A stretch of DNA of 64,000 bases from an uncultured Bifidobacteriaceae bacterium (GCA_964643765.1 CAZXTM010000003.1:10958-74957), one strand, 5' to 3'; shown: positions 48,514-58,853, counted from the first letter of the stretch. Translations and numbers: made by a program. The notes: generated by a model from the sequence alone, not told the origin.

Positions 48514-50145
48514 TTACTGGACCCGGACGGTCATGGCGGCACGGCGGTTGAGGCGGCGGGTTTCCTCGCGGCCATTGTCGTGCTTGGGGCGTTCTTCGCC
48601 GTAGCTGATGGTCTGCATCCGGTCGGCGCTGACGCCGCGGTTGGTCAGGTATTCACGAACGGCCATGGCACGGCGCTCGCCGAGGGCCAGGTTGTATTCG
48701 GTCGTGCCGATGTTGCAGGTGTGGCCCTCGACCATGATGCGCAGCGACGTATCTTCGGCGAGGGCCTTGATGGCCTCGTCGAGCACGCGGGTGGCCTCGA
48801 CACGCAGCGAGTAACGGTCGAAGTCGAAGTGGACATCTTCGAAGGTGTATTCCTTCTTGGGAGGCGCGGTGACCTGGATGGACACGGTGGCGGTGGCGTT
48901 GCCGCCCCTGCCGTCGCTGACCGTCACGGTGATGGGCACCGAGCCGGGCTGTCCGGGCGCCGTGTAGGCTGTCTGCCGGTCAGAGGCGTTGGCCAGGGCA
49001 CCGGTGGGGGCCGACCACTTGTAGCTCAGCGAGTCGCCATCTGGATCGGAACCATCGGCCATCAGCATGACCCGCCCACCCACCAGCACCGAGCAGGGAT
49101 CGCACTTGGCCGTGACCGTCGGCGGACGGTTGGCGGGGGGCGCCGGCGGCGGGGGCGGAGGCGGCGGAGGCGGGGGCGCCACATAAACCGGCACGCCGGG
49201 GTGGTAGCCAATGCGCACCTGCAGGCCGATCCTGTCGCCGAAGTTGTTGTCGTAGCCGGTGACGGTGCCGCGCTGCGTGGTGGTGACCGCGTAGCTGAAC
49301 CCGGTGCCGAAGTAGAAGCCGTTGGACGCGGTGTACTGCGAACCGAGGAACACGTCGAACGGCTGCTTGACGTCCCATGACGAGGCCGGCCCGCCGTAGC
49401 TCGAGATGAACGCGCCGCGATAGGTAATCGTGTTGTCGAAGTAGTATTCGCCGGTCGCTTCCGCGAAGAGCTTCAGCTGTCCGCGGCTCGGCCAGCTGAG
49501 GCCGGCTCCGTAGCGCAGGCTGTGGCTGCGGTCGTAGTCTGCGGTGCTGGTGCGGAACCGGACGCCGGAGAAGCCGGCCAGTTCGACGCGACCCATCTCG
49601 CGGCTGAGTACCGCGTCGAGCATGTAGTCGGGACGGCCAGTGCCGAGGCCGAGGTCGCGGCTGGCCGAGGGCACCTTGACCGCGCCGCGGAGCGCGACGG
49701 CGACACCCCCGGCGGCGGTGGCCTGTGTGCGCAGGTTGAGCTTGGCACCCACCGTGACATCACCGAAGCCCTGCTCCCATCCGCTCCGGATGGGATAGTC
49801 CATCGGCTGGTTGCCGCTCAGAATCGGCCGGCGGTCGGCATCGATGCGCCGGAAGGCCGCGACCGACCCGAACAGCTCGAGGCGGTCGGTGGCCCCGAAC
49901 GCGAAGCTGCCGGAGAAGTCTGCGATGTCCGTGAAGCCTTCCGAACGGTCGAAGTTGATGCGCCCGGCTGAGCCTGCGACCTTCCCCTTCGGCAGCGTCT
50001 CACCGGTCGGCACGAACCAGAGGCCCGTATCGCCCATCACGGTGCTGGTGGCCGGACGGGTCTGTGCGGAGGACTGCGCCCACGCCGGCGCGGCTGTCAG
50101 CACGGACAGCACAGCGCCAGCCACGATTCGGCTGTAGATCTTCAT
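48514..50145 (-). CDS. Outer-membrane protein: beta-barrel, poly-Pro linker, PKD/Ig-like domain, OmpA C-terminal domain
   Basis: Signal peptide ...TAAPAWAQ. The barrel-like N-terminal half ends in aromatic-rich strands. It continues with PPPPPPPPPPPPAPP, then a DGSDPDGDSLSYKW PKD-like domain. The OmpA_C segment has FDFDRYSL, GHTCNIGTTEYNLALGERRA and NRRAAMTV. Confidence 0.88.
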   Translation of the reverse strand: MKIYSRIVAGAVLSVLTAAPAWAQSSAQTRPATSTVMGDTGLWFVPTGETLPKGKVAGSAGRINFDRSEGFTDIADFSGSFAFGATDRLELFGSVAAFRRIDADRRPILSGNQPMDYPIRSGWEQGFGDVTVGAKLNLRTQATAAGGVAVALRGAVKVPSASRDLGLGTGRPDYMLDAVLSREMGRVELAGFSGVRFRTSTADYDRSHSLRYGAGLSWPSRGQLKLFAEATGEYYFDNTITYRGAFISSYGGPASSWDVKQPFDVFLGSQYTASNGFYFGTGFSYAVTTTQRGTVTGYDNNFGDRIGLQVRIGYHPGVPVYVAPPPPPPPPPPPAPPANRPPTVTAKCDPCSVLVGGRVMLMADGSDPDGDSLSYKWSAPTGALANASDRQTAYTAPGQPGSVPITVTVSDGRGGNATATVSIQVTAPPKKEYTFEDVHFDFDRYSLRVEATRVLDEAIKALAEDTSLRIMVEGHTCNIGTTEYNLALGERRAMAVREYLTNRGVSADRMQTISYGEERPKHDNGREETRRLNRRAAMTVRVQ

Positions 50146-50197
50146 GGCAGAGATGATACGTGCGCCCTCGAGCGCAAGTCAACGCGCGAGTCGGCGT

Positions 50198-51031
50198 CTA
50201 GGCTGTGCTGCCGTCGTCGCTTCGCTCGGCCTTGCCGAAGAGCCAGGCCACGAGGACGCCGACCATGTAGAGGCCCATCATCGGCACAGCCACCAGGGCC
50301 TGGTTCACCGGGCTGCCATCGGGGGTGATGACCGCGGCGACGATGAAGATGCCGAGCACGGCATACTTGATGTTCCTCAGCAGGAACCGGGCCGTGACGA
50401 GGCCCAGCCGCGCGAGCACGAACATCAGGACGGGCATCTGGAACACGAAGCCCATGCCCAGCAGCAGCTTCACATACAGGCCGAACACCGGGTCGACCCT
50501 GGGCGTGAAGATCATGTAGTCATTGCTGAAGCCGGCGAAGAACCGCCAGGCGGCCGGAAACAGCATGTGGTGACCGAAGGCGGCACCGGCGACAAACAGG
50601 GCCGAAGAGGTCAGCACGAAGGGAATGGCCAGCCGCTTCTCTTTGGCGTAGAGCCCGGGGGCGATGAAGAGCCAAACCTGCAGCATGATGTAGGGCGAGG
50701 CGACCAGCACCCCGGCCAGCGCCGAGATCTTCACCCAGAGGAAGAAGCCCTCGCCGGGCTCGGTGTAGATGAACTTCCGCTCGGGCAGATCGGCCGTCAG
50801 CCGTTCGTAGACGAACGCCTGGATGCGGTTGCTGAAGATGCTGGCGACGACAAACCCCGACAGCAGCGCGATCACGGCATGGGTGATGCGCTTGCGCAGC
50901 TCGTCGAGATGCTCGAGGAACGTCATCCGCCCGTCAAGCGGATCGTCGTCCTCGGGGCCATCACCGTCGAGGGTCGGGTCGTCGGGGAGCGGAGTCGGGA
51001 CGTCCCGGGATGGGAGCGGGGCCAGCGCCAT
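50198..51031 (-). CDS. tatC: Twin-arginine translocase subunit TatC
   Basis: MTFLEHLDELRKRI after a ~35-aa N-terminal extension. Six TM helices. Confidence 0.92.
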   Translation of the reverse strand: MALAPLPSRDVPTPLPDDPTLDGDGPEDDDPLDGRMTFLEHLDELRKRITHAVIALLSGFVVASIFSNRIQAFVYERLTADLPERKFIYTEPGEGFFLWVKISALAGVLVASPYIMLQVWLFIAPGLYAKEKRLAIPFVLTSSALFVAGAAFGHHMLFPAAWRFFAGFSNDYMIFTPRVDPVFGLYVKLLLGMGFVFQMPVLMFVLARLGLVTARFLLRNIKYAVLGIFIVAAVITPDGSPVNQALVAVPMMGLYMVGVLVAWLFGKAERSDDGSTA

Positions 51032-51040
51032 ACGGCGGAC

Positions 51041-51310
51041 TTACCGGGGCACCGTGTCGCCGGGGGCCGTCGTTTCAGCGGCGGGGGTCGGGGGCACCGG
51101 CTCGGCGGCCGGGGCGGCAGCGACCTTCTGCTGCTCCTCGACGCGGATTTCCTGCTCGAGGGTGTGCTGCAGTTCGTTCGAGGCTTTCTTGAACTCGTTG
51201 ATGCTCTTGCCCAGCGACTTGCCCAGCTCGGGCAGCTTGCGCGGCCCAAACACAATCAGGGCAATCACGAAGATGATGACCAGTTCGGTGACGCCGATGG
51301 AACCAAACAT
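51041..51310 (-). CDS. tatA: Twin-arginine translocase subunit TatA/E
   Basis: MFGSIGVTELVIIFVIALIVFGPRKLPELGKSLGKSINEFKK. Confidence 0.93.
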   Translation of the reverse strand: MFGSIGVTELVIIFVIALIVFGPRKLPELGKSLGKSINEFKKASNELQHTLEQEIRVEEQQKVAAAPAAEPVPPTPAAETTAPGDTVPR

Positions 51311-51433
51311 GAGAGCAACTCCAGAAACGGGTCAGTGAGCGCCGCACCCGCAGGCGACCGTGTCCCTTCGGGAGTATACCCCAGCTCCCCGGAACTCCTT
51401 GCCGGGGGGCGGGTTATTCGCTAGCATCGCCGT

Positions 51434-53050
51434 ATGCGTGTGCAGCCGGGTCTTGCCGTGGTGCTGTCTCTCGCCGCATCGGCGGTGGTGGGAGGATGGC
51501 TGGGTCCCCGTGTCGCGACGGCGCAGGACCCGGTCGCCGATCGCTACCGCGTCTACACAGCGGCGCTGGCCGCCATCGAGCGCCAGTACGTCGAGCCGGT
51601 CGAGTCGGACCAGCTGGTCTATGGGTCCATCAGCGGCATGCTGCAGACGCTCGACCCGCATTCGAGCTTCATGGATCCGCGCAGCTACAAGCAGATGCGC
51701 GAACGCCAGGAGGGCCGCTACTTCGGCCTGGGCATCACCATTCAGGCCGTGCCGGACGGCATCACGGCCGTGCGGGTCTTCGAGGGCTCTCCGGCGCACG
51801 CCAAGGGCATCCGTCGCGGTGACGTCATCGCCGAGATTGAGGGCCAGTCGACCCGCGGCTGGTCGTCCGACGATGCCGTGGGCAAGCTGCGCGGGCCCAA
51901 GGGCACGTTCGTGAACATCGGCATTCGCCGGAAGGGGCTCGACGAGCTCATCCCGATGGCGGTCATGCGCGATCAGGTCAGCATTCCCAGCCTGTCGGCT
52001 GTGTTCATGATTGACGACCAGACCGGCTACGTGGGCATCACTGACTTTGCCGAGCGCACCGACGAGGACCTCGGCACGGCGCTCGAGTCGCTGACCCGCA
52101 AGGGCATGAAGCGGCTGGTGCTCGACCTGCGCAGCAACCCCGGCGGGCAGCTCGATCAGGCCATCCGCATCTCGAACCGGTTCCTGCCAAAGGGGGCCAT
52201 GGTGGTCTACACCCGCGGCCGCGTGGCCAATTCCGACGAAGACTACCGCGCCACGGACGACCCGGGCTATGCCACGCTGCCGATGGTCACGCTGGTGAAC
52301 CGGTCGAGCGCCAGCGCCTCGGAGATTGTGTCGGGAGCACTGCAGGATCACGACCGCGCCCTCATCGTCGGCGAGACGACCTTTGGCAAGGCCCTCGTGC
52401 AGTCGGTCTTCCGCGTCAGCGGCGGTGCGGGCCTCGCCCTGACCACCGCCCGCTATTACACCCCCAGCGGCCGCCTCATCCAGCGGCCGTGGGACGGCAC
52501 TTTCGACGAATACCTGACCTACACCATGAAGGATCAGTCGGAGCGCGCCAAGTCGCCCGACCAGCTCAAGTACACCGTCGGTGGCCGCAAGGTCTACTCG
52601 GGGGGCGGGGTTGACCCGGATGAGCGCTTCGAAGGACCGACGGAGGGCTTCAACCCGACCCGGTTCGGGCGCTCGCTGTTCAATCGCGGCCTGTTTGCCG
52701 CCTTCGCCGAGTCCTACTTCTACGAGAACGACACGCGTCCCGGCAGCAAGTCGCCGTCCTTCAAGTATGTGAAGCGCGGGTTTGACGTGGACGACGCGAT
52801 GGTGGCCGCGTTCCGGGCCTTTGCCGTCAGCCGAAACACCGTCATCGACGAAGAAGCCTGGTCGAAGGACCTGCCATTCATCCGGGCGATGATTCGCTTC
52901 GAGATCGACCAGGCGGTCTTCGACATCGCCACCGCGCGCCAGCGCCTGATCCAGGCCGATCCCCAGGCGGGTTACGCCCTGGGCCGTTTCGCCGAGGCCG
53001 AACGGCTGCTTGCGCAGTCACAGAGCCGCAGCGGGCGCATCGGCCAGTAG
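51434..53050 (+). CDS. S41-family carboxy-terminal processing peptidase with a PDZ domain
   Basis: PDZ (GSPAHAKGIRRGDVIAEIEG), LDLRSNPGGQL, SASASEIVSGALQDHDRALIVGETTFGKALVQ. Confidence 0.9.
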   Translation: MRVQPGLAVVLSLAASAVVGGWLGPRVATAQDPVADRYRVYTAALAAIERQYVEPVESDQLVYGSISGMLQTLDPHSSFMDPRSYKQMRERQEGRYFGLGITIQAVPDGITAVRVFEGSPAHAKGIRRGDVIAEIEGQSTRGWSSDDAVGKLRGPKGTFVNIGIRRKGLDELIPMAVMRDQVSIPSLSAVFMIDDQTGYVGITDFAERTDEDLGTALESLTRKGMKRLVLDLRSNPGGQLDQAIRISNRFLPKGAMVVYTRGRVANSDEDYRATDDPGYATLPMVTLVNRSSASASEIVSGALQDHDRALIVGETTFGKALVQSVFRVSGGAGLALTTARYYTPSGRLIQRPWDGTFDEYLTYTMKDQSERAKSPDQLKYTVGGRKVYSGGGVDPDERFEGPTEGFNPTRFGRSLFNRGLFAAFAESYFYENDTRPGSKSPSFKYVKRGFDVDDAMVAAFRAFAVSRNTVIDEEAWSKDLPFIRAMIRFEIDQAVFDIATARQRLIQADPQAGYALGRFAEAERLLAQSQSRSGRIGQ

Positions 53051-53078
53051 CCGCGACCATTTCCGATACCGGTTCCGT

Positions 53079-56000
53079 ATGCGTCTTGAACGTCTCGAGA
53101 TCTCTGGGTTCAAATCGTTTTCCGATCGTTCCGAACTGTCCTTCGACCAGGGCGTGACAGCCATCGTCGGGCCGAACGGCTGCGGCAAGAGCAACGTGGC
53201 CGACGCGCTGACGTGGGTGCTGGGCGAGCAGAGCGCCAAGAGCCTCCGCGGCGAAACGATGGAAGATGTCATCTTCAATGGTTCCGACGCGCGCAAGCCG
53301 ACCGGGGCCGCTGAAGTGCGCCTGCGCCTGAGCGGGGTGGTCGTGCCGCCCTCGCTCGACAAGGAGCTCGGCTACGAGCCATATCTGGCCTCGGCGCCCG
53401 GCGAGGACGGTGCCGTCACCTTCGCGCCCGAACTGACGCGCGAAGTGGAGGTCACCCGCCGTCTGTTCCGGTCGGGCGAGAGTGAATACCTCATTGACGG
53501 CCAGCAGTGCCGCCTGAAGGACATCCACGAACTGCTGATGGACACGGGCCTCGGTGCCAAGGCCTACGCGATCATCGAGCAGGGCAAGATCGGCATGATC
53601 CTGAGCTCGAGGCCGACCGATCGGCGCCAGTTGATCGAAGAGGCGGCGGGCATCACCAAGTACAAGGCCCGCCGGCGATCTGCCGAGCTCAAGCTTGAGG
53701 CGGCCCAGCAGAACCTGACGCGCCTCGACGACATCGTCTACGAGGTCGAGAAGCAGAAGGGCGCCCTGAAGCGGCAGGCGGCGCGCGCACGGCGCTACAC
53801 CCGCCTGCGCGATGAAATGCGGCGATGGGAAAAGGTGCTGTTTGCCCGGCGCTACCGCTCGCTCTCGGAGGCCATCGAGGCCGCGCGTCTTCGGCTGACC
53901 GACGTCCGTGAGCAGGAAGCGGCGGCGGCTGCCCGTCTGGCGGAGGTCGAGACCACGCTCGCCGCACTGCGTATTTCCCAGGCCGAGGCGGACGCCGTGG
54001 CGGGCCGGCTGCGGGATGTGGCGCACAATCAGGAACTCGACATCAACCGCCGGCAGCAGCAGATTGCGCTCGACCGTCAGCAGGCCACCATGCTGCAGAG
54101 CCGCGCCGACGAGCTCGAGGCCGAGCGGCAGCAGCTCGAGGGCCGTCGCGAACCCGAACGGCTGGCCCTCGAGGAACGGCGCCAGGCGGTCGAGCAGGCG
54201 GCCCTGCGTCGCCGGGATGCCGCCGCCACCGCTCAGGACGCGGCTGAAGCCTATGCGCGGGCACAGCAGTCGATCGAGGCTGCCGAGCAGGAGGTCGAGC
54301 GGGCACGTGCCGACGTGTACGCCGTAGTGAACACGGTCACCGCGCTGACGGCCACGGTGCAGTCGGCCACGGCCCAGCGTGAGCGGGCCGTCGCTGTCGA
54401 CCAGCGACTGGGCGTGGAACTCAGCGAGCTGGCCACCGAGCTCGAACGGGCCCGATCTGAACGTGCCCTTGCGCGCGAGCAGCTGGCCCTCGCACAGGAA
54501 GCGCTCGAGGCCGCGCGCATCGAGCGGACCCGCTGCGAGGAGATGCTGAGCCATGCCCGCGGTGAATTCGATCGGCGCACCCGCGAGGTGCGCACCGGTG
54601 AGCAGCAGCTCGCCGGCCTGTCGGCGCGGCTCCGGTCCCTCGAGGAACTGGACGCGCACCGGGCCGGATTCGGTGACGCCGCCCGTCTGGTGCTGTCCTC
54701 CGGGGCTGCAGGCATTCGGGCCCGCGGGGCCCTGGCCGACTTTCTCGAGGTCGAGTCGCGCTACGAACGGGCCGTCGAGGCCTGCCTCGGCGACCTCCTG
54801 CAGTACGTCGTGGTCGACAGCCTCGAACAGGTGACAGCCGGGCTCCGGCTGGTGCGTGACGAAGATGCGGGACGCTGCGGATTCATCGTCGTCGGTGACG
54901 ACGATGGCCCGGCCGGCGAGGCCCTGCCGTCGGCCCTGCCCGCCGGAGTGAGGCGGCTCAGTGACGTCGTCCAGGTGCAGGGGACCTTCCCCGACACCGT
55001 TCGGCGCGTGCTTGGGGGCCTGTGCGTGGCCGACACGTTCGACGCGGCCGCGGCAGCGGCCCGCCTGCTGGGCACCACGGTGGTGACCCTCGACGGCGAT
55101 GTGTTCCGGGGACGCCACCAGGTGAGCGGCGGGGCCAAGGCCGAGTCGCGGGGCATCCTCGCCACCAAGCGCGAAATCAAGGAACTGCGCGAGCGGATTG
55201 CCGAGGAGCGGCTGGTGCTGGCGCGCCTGGCTGACGAGTCGGTGCACTTCGAGCAGGTCATGGCCGAGGCCGGCGCCGGCGTCCAGCGGCTCGGTGCCGA
55301 GATTCACCGGCAGGAGAAGGCCATCGTGGCTGCCGAGGCCCAGGAGGCACGGGCGGCGCAGGACGAAGCGCGCGTCTCGCAGCGCCGCGCCCTGGTCGAT
55401 GGCGATATTGCGCGGGTGCGTGACGAGATTGCCACGCTCGACCTGCGGCAGGCCGAGGCTCGCGGGTCGATTGCGCGGCTGGATGCCGACAAGCGGGTGG
55501 CCGATGAGCTGTTCAGCGAACAGGTGCTGCGGCTGACCGCCGCCCGCGAGCAGGCCGAGCAGTGCAGCCAGCGTGTGGCCGAGGTGCGTGCAGAACTGGC
55601 CGCCTTCACCGAACGGCTGTCGGCCCTCGAGCAGGAAGTCGTCCGCATGGAGCAGGGCGCCACCGAACTCGAGCGGCGCCTGGCTGCCTGCCAGCGCGAC
55701 ATTGCCCTCATGGGCGAGCAGCGGGAACGCCTCGTCGATGGCGTCGGAGACCACGAGCGCCAGCTCGACGAGGATGTGCGTCTGCTCGAGTCACTCCGCG
55801 AGCAGGTGCGCGAGGCTGACGAACGTGCCAGCGAACTGCGCACCGCCGTCGAGACGCAGGAGCAGATGATTCGCGACGCCCGCCGGGCGCTCGATGCCAT
55901 TCGTGCGCTGGCCTCCGAGCTCGAGGTCAGCCGCGCGACCGCCGAGGCCGAACTGACGCACTTGGCGCAGCAGGCCTATGACGCGGTGGGCGTCACCCTG

Positions 56001-56792
56001 CAGGAAGTGCGGGAGGATGTCGACGCGATGGAGGCTGCCGGCATCGTCGAGCCCGACGTCAGGGCGATTCGTGCCGCCGAGGCTGCCGAACCAGACGAAG
56101 ACGAGGCGTCCGTCGACGCAGAGCCCAGCGACGCACCGGTGCCCGAGCGGATGACGGCCGAGGAGGCCATCACCGAACTGCGGGGCAAGATCGACCGCAT
56201 CGGGCCGGTGAACATGATGGCCATCGAGCAGCATGCCGAACTCGAACAGCGGCACGTGTTCCTGACCACTCAGCGGCAGGACCTGCTCGACTCGATTGCG
56301 CAGACCAACGAGGCAATTCGGCGCATCGACGAGACCACTCATGCCCGGTTCCGCGATGCGTTCACGGCGATCAATCTCAATTTTCAGGACACGTTCTCGA
56401 CGCTGTTCGGGGGCGGGAAGGCCGGCATCAGCCTGATCGACGACAGCGACCCGCTCGAAAGCGGCATCGACATTGTGGCCTCGCCGCCGGGCAAGCGGCT
56501 GCAGAGCGTCATGCTGCTGTCCGGTGGAGAGAAGGCACTGACGGCCATCGCCCTGATGTTCGCCATCTTCCGCTACAAGCCCAGCCCGTTCTGCCTGCTC
56601 GACGAAATCGATGCGCCGCTCGACGATGCGAACATCGGCCGGTTTGTCGAGCTGCTGCGAGGCATGATGGACCGCACCCAGTTCATCATCATCACGCACA
56701 GCCGCAAGACCATGGAGATTGCCAACCGCCTCTACGGGGTCACCATGGAAGAGCCGGGCGTGTCGAAGCTGATTTCCATCCAGCTGCACTGA
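53079..56792 (+). CDS. smc: Chromosome partition protein Smc
   Basis: MRLERLEISGFKSF...GPNGCGKSNVADAL (Walker A), long coiled coils, a hinge (GALADFLEVESRYERAVEACLG), LSGGEKALTAIAL and FCLLDEIDAPLDDAN. Internal ATG at 53079 chosen. Confidence 0.97.
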   Translation: MRLERLEISGFKSFSDRSELSFDQGVTAIVGPNGCGKSNVADALTWVLGEQSAKSLRGETMEDVIFNGSDARKPTGAAEVRLRLSGVVVPPSLDKELGYEPYLASAPGEDGAVTFAPELTREVEVTRRLFRSGESEYLIDGQQCRLKDIHELLMDTGLGAKAYAIIEQGKIGMILSSRPTDRRQLIEEAAGITKYKARRRSAELKLEAAQQNLTRLDDIVYEVEKQKGALKRQAARARRYTRLRDEMRRWEKVLFARRYRSLSEAIEAARLRLTDVREQEAAAAARLAEVETTLAALRISQAEADAVAGRLRDVAHNQELDINRRQQQIALDRQQATMLQSRADELEAERQQLEGRREPERLALEERRQAVEQAALRRRDAAATAQDAAEAYARAQQSIEAAEQEVERARADVYAVVNTVTALTATVQSATAQRERAVAVDQRLGVELSELATELERARSERALAREQLALAQEALEAARIERTRCEEMLSHARGEFDRRTREVRTGEQQLAGLSARLRSLEELDAHRAGFGDAARLVLSSGAAGIRARGALADFLEVESRYERAVEACLGDLLQYVVVDSLEQVTAGLRLVRDEDAGRCGFIVVGDDDGPAGEALPSALPAGVRRLSDVVQVQGTFPDTVRRVLGGLCVADTFDAAAAAARLLGTTVVTLDGDVFRGRHQVSGGAKAESRGILATKREIKELRERIAEERLVLARLADESVHFEQVMAEAGAGVQRLGAEIHRQEKAIVAAEAQEARAAQDEARVSQRRALVDGDIARVRDEIATLDLRQAEARGSIARLDADKRVADELFSEQVLRLTAAREQAEQCSQRVAEVRAELAAFTERLSALEQEVVRMEQGATELERRLAACQRDIALMGEQRERLVDGVGDHERQLDEDVRLLESLREQVREADERASELRTAVETQEQMIRDARRALDAIRALASELEVSRATAEAELTHLAQQAYDAVGVTLQEVREDVDAMEAAGIVEPDVRAIRAAEAAEPDEDEASVDAEPSDAPVPERMTAEEAITELRGKIDRIGPVNMMAIEQHAELEQRHVFLTTQRQDLLDSIAQTNEAIRRIDETTHARFRDAFTAINLNFQDTFSTLFGGGKAGISLIDDSDPLESGIDIVASPPGKRLQSVMLLSGGEKALTAIALMFAIFRYKPSPFCLLDEIDAPLDDANIGRFVELLRGMMDRTQFIIITHSRKTMEIANRLYGVTMEEPGVSKLISIQLH

Positions 56793-56838
56793 ACCGGCCG
56801 GGGAACGCCTTCGTCTAACCGGCTCAGAGGTGCTGCGC

Positions 56839-57663
56839 ATGAGGGCCATGGCCTGGATCCGTTCCGTGGGAGTGCTGCTGATCGGCCTGACGCTGACGGC
56901 GTGTGACATCCGGACTGACACCGGGGGGGAATGGGCCATGACCATTGCCGACCGGGAAGCCCATGATGTCTGGACCCGCCGGTATCCAATGTCCCCGGGA
57001 GGACGGCTTGTTCTCGAGAACGTCGCCGGGGCCGTGGCGGTTGAAGCCAGCGCCGGACGCGAGCTTGAGATGACCGCCCGACGGGTCGCCAAGAGCACCT
57101 CCGAGGCCAGTGCCCGTGAACAGCTCGACAAGGTATCGTTCGTCGATGCGACTTCAGAGAGCGAGGTGCGCGTGACCGTCGAATACCCCAGGTTCAACGG
57201 GCTCAACTCCGTCGAAGTCGAGTGGGAAATCAAGGTGCCGGCCGGTGTCGCCGTCGACATCCGCAACACCAATGGCAGCCTGCGCATGGCCGGACTCGAT
57301 GCCGCCGTCGTGGGCCGCACGTCCAATGGCCGCATCCAGGCCGAGGCGCTCACCAGTCCGTCGGTGGATGTGAAGACCACAAACGGCCGCATCCACATCG
57401 ACTATGCCCGCCCCCTGGTCGACTCTGACCGGGTGGCCATCGATTCGACCAATGGCGGCGTCACCCTCACGATTCCCGATTCGAGCCGACTGTCGCTCAA
57501 GGCGGATCTGACTAACGGCGAATTCGACTTTGCCGACCTGCCCGTCGAGGCCAGCGGGTCGTCGTCGCGGCACCATTTCGAAGGCACGCTCCACGGCGGC
57601 GGCGCCCGGGTTGACATGTCGACCACCAACGGCAGCGTGCATCTCTCGAAAAAAAAGTCCTGA
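56839..57663 (+). CDS. DUF4097-like (putative adhesin / beta-helix repeat) lipoprotein
   Basis: Lipobox LTLTAC after MRAMAWIRSVGVLLIG. Repeated TNG(S/R/G)(I/V/L) strands (NTNGSLRM, TSNGRIQA, TTNGRIHI, STNGGVTL, TTNGSVHL). Confidence 0.7.
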   Translation: MRAMAWIRSVGVLLIGLTLTACDIRTDTGGEWAMTIADREAHDVWTRRYPMSPGGRLVLENVAGAVAVEASAGRELEMTARRVAKSTSEASAREQLDKVSFVDATSESEVRVTVEYPRFNGLNSVEVEWEIKVPAGVAVDIRNTNGSLRMAGLDAAVVGRTSNGRIQAEALTSPSVDVKTTNGRIHIDYARPLVDSDRVAIDSTNGGVTLTIPDSSRLSLKADLTNGEFDFADLPVEASGSSSRHHFEGTLHGGGARVDMSTTNGSVHLSKKKS

Positions 57664-57700
57664 CGGGCTACAGTGAGGGGCGGCCCCGCAGGACCGCCCG

Positions 57701-58816
57701 GTGAACGAAGACAAGTCCACACGCTATCGACGCCTTCGGCTTCGTGCCGATGTGACCTCAGCGGTCCTTTCACTCGCGGGCCTCGGGCTCTGGTGGCTCC
57801 TGTCCCCTGAGAGCATCGTTGCCCCGTCAACCGATCCGGCGGCGCCCGCATCAGCCGAATCGTGGGGCAGGCTCGCCACCGCCGGCACCCTCTGCCTGCT
57901 GACCATGTCGTGCGTCGCCCTTCCTGCGCGGGCGTATCGGGATGTGGTGCTCGAGCGCCGCTATTTTCCCCAGTCGTCGCCTGCGAGGCACTGGGGCCGG
58001 CGTGCACTGAGTGCGGTGGCCTTCTCGGCGGTGGGTGGTGGAGTGCTGCTCGGCACGGCCGTCTGGGCCTGGCAGCGCTGGCCAGCAACCTGGTGGCTGC
58101 TGACGGGCATCGTCGTGGCCGGGCTGCAGCTGGCCCTCGCCCGCGTCGGACCGGCGCTCGTGCTTCCGCGTGTGTCGCGCGTGCAGTCGCTGGCGCCCTC
58201 GGCGATCAGCGCACGGCTCGAGGCGCTGGTCAACCGCACGGGTATCAGTGTCGCGCGCATTCAGCGGTGGACGGTGCCAGGGGAGCCGGAACGGGCGCGG
58301 GCCGTGCTCGCCGGTGGTGGCAGCAGCCGGCGCATCCTGTTGTCGGACGGCCTGCTCGATGGCTACTCTGACGATGAAGTCGAGGTGGTGGTCGCGCATG
58401 AGCTGGCGCATGCGGCCCACGGTGACCTTCGTGTGACCCTGGCCGTGCAGGCAGCGGTCGACATGGCCGGCCTGTTGGTGCTCTCGATGGCCTGGCCTGC
58501 CATGGCGTCGGCGATGGGGGCGTCGCCCCTGCCGGGCGCGGCGCATGTCGCCCCCCTGATGCTGGCGGTGCGGAGCTGGCAGGCGATGACGGCCCCCATC
58601 CCCCTGGCCCTGGCGAGACACCAGGAGCGACACGCCGATGCCTTCGCCCTCTTGGTGACGGGACGCCCTGAAGCCTTCCTGTCAGCCCTGCGGCGCCTCA
58701 GGCAGGAGCACCTCGCGGACGATAGTGCCTCGGTGCTGGTGCACTGGTGGACGCAGGCACACCCCCGGATGGCCGAGCGGGTGGCGACGGCCAGGGCTTT
58801 TACACGCCAGTCATGA
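57701..58816 (+). CDS. M48-family membrane zinc metalloprotease
   Basis: GTG start. Several N-terminal TM helices, then VVVAHELAHAAHGDL (HExxH) and a downstream HQERHAD. Confidence 0.8.
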   Translation: MNEDKSTRYRRLRLRADVTSAVLSLAGLGLWWLLSPESIVAPSTDPAAPASAESWGRLATAGTLCLLTMSCVALPARAYRDVVLERRYFPQSSPARHWGRRALSAVAFSAVGGGVLLGTAVWAWQRWPATWWLLTGIVVAGLQLALARVGPALVLPRVSRVQSLAPSAISARLEALVNRTGISVARIQRWTVPGEPERARAVLAGGGSSRRILLSDGLLDGYSDDEVEVVVAHELAHAAHGDLRVTLAVQAAVDMAGLLVLSMAWPAMASAMGASPLPGAAHVAPLMLAVRSWQAMTAPIPLALARHQERHADAFALLVTGRPEAFLSALRRLRQEHLADDSASVLVHWWTQAHPRMAERVATARAFTRQS

Positions 58817-58853
58817 ACCCGTGCGACACTGTCGCCCAAGAGGAGCTGATTCG

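Noticed and set aside
49133-49180. GC-rich short tandem pattern (GGCGG/GGGGC units) that looked like a possible repeat array
   Set aside because: It is the coding sequence of the poly-proline linker of the OmpA-family protein on the minus strand. It is not a CRISPR array or a non-coding VNTR.
52878-55754. 958-aa ORF antisense to smc
   Set aside because: The sense strand encodes a complete Smc with Walker A/B and signature motifs. The antisense translation is low-complexity.
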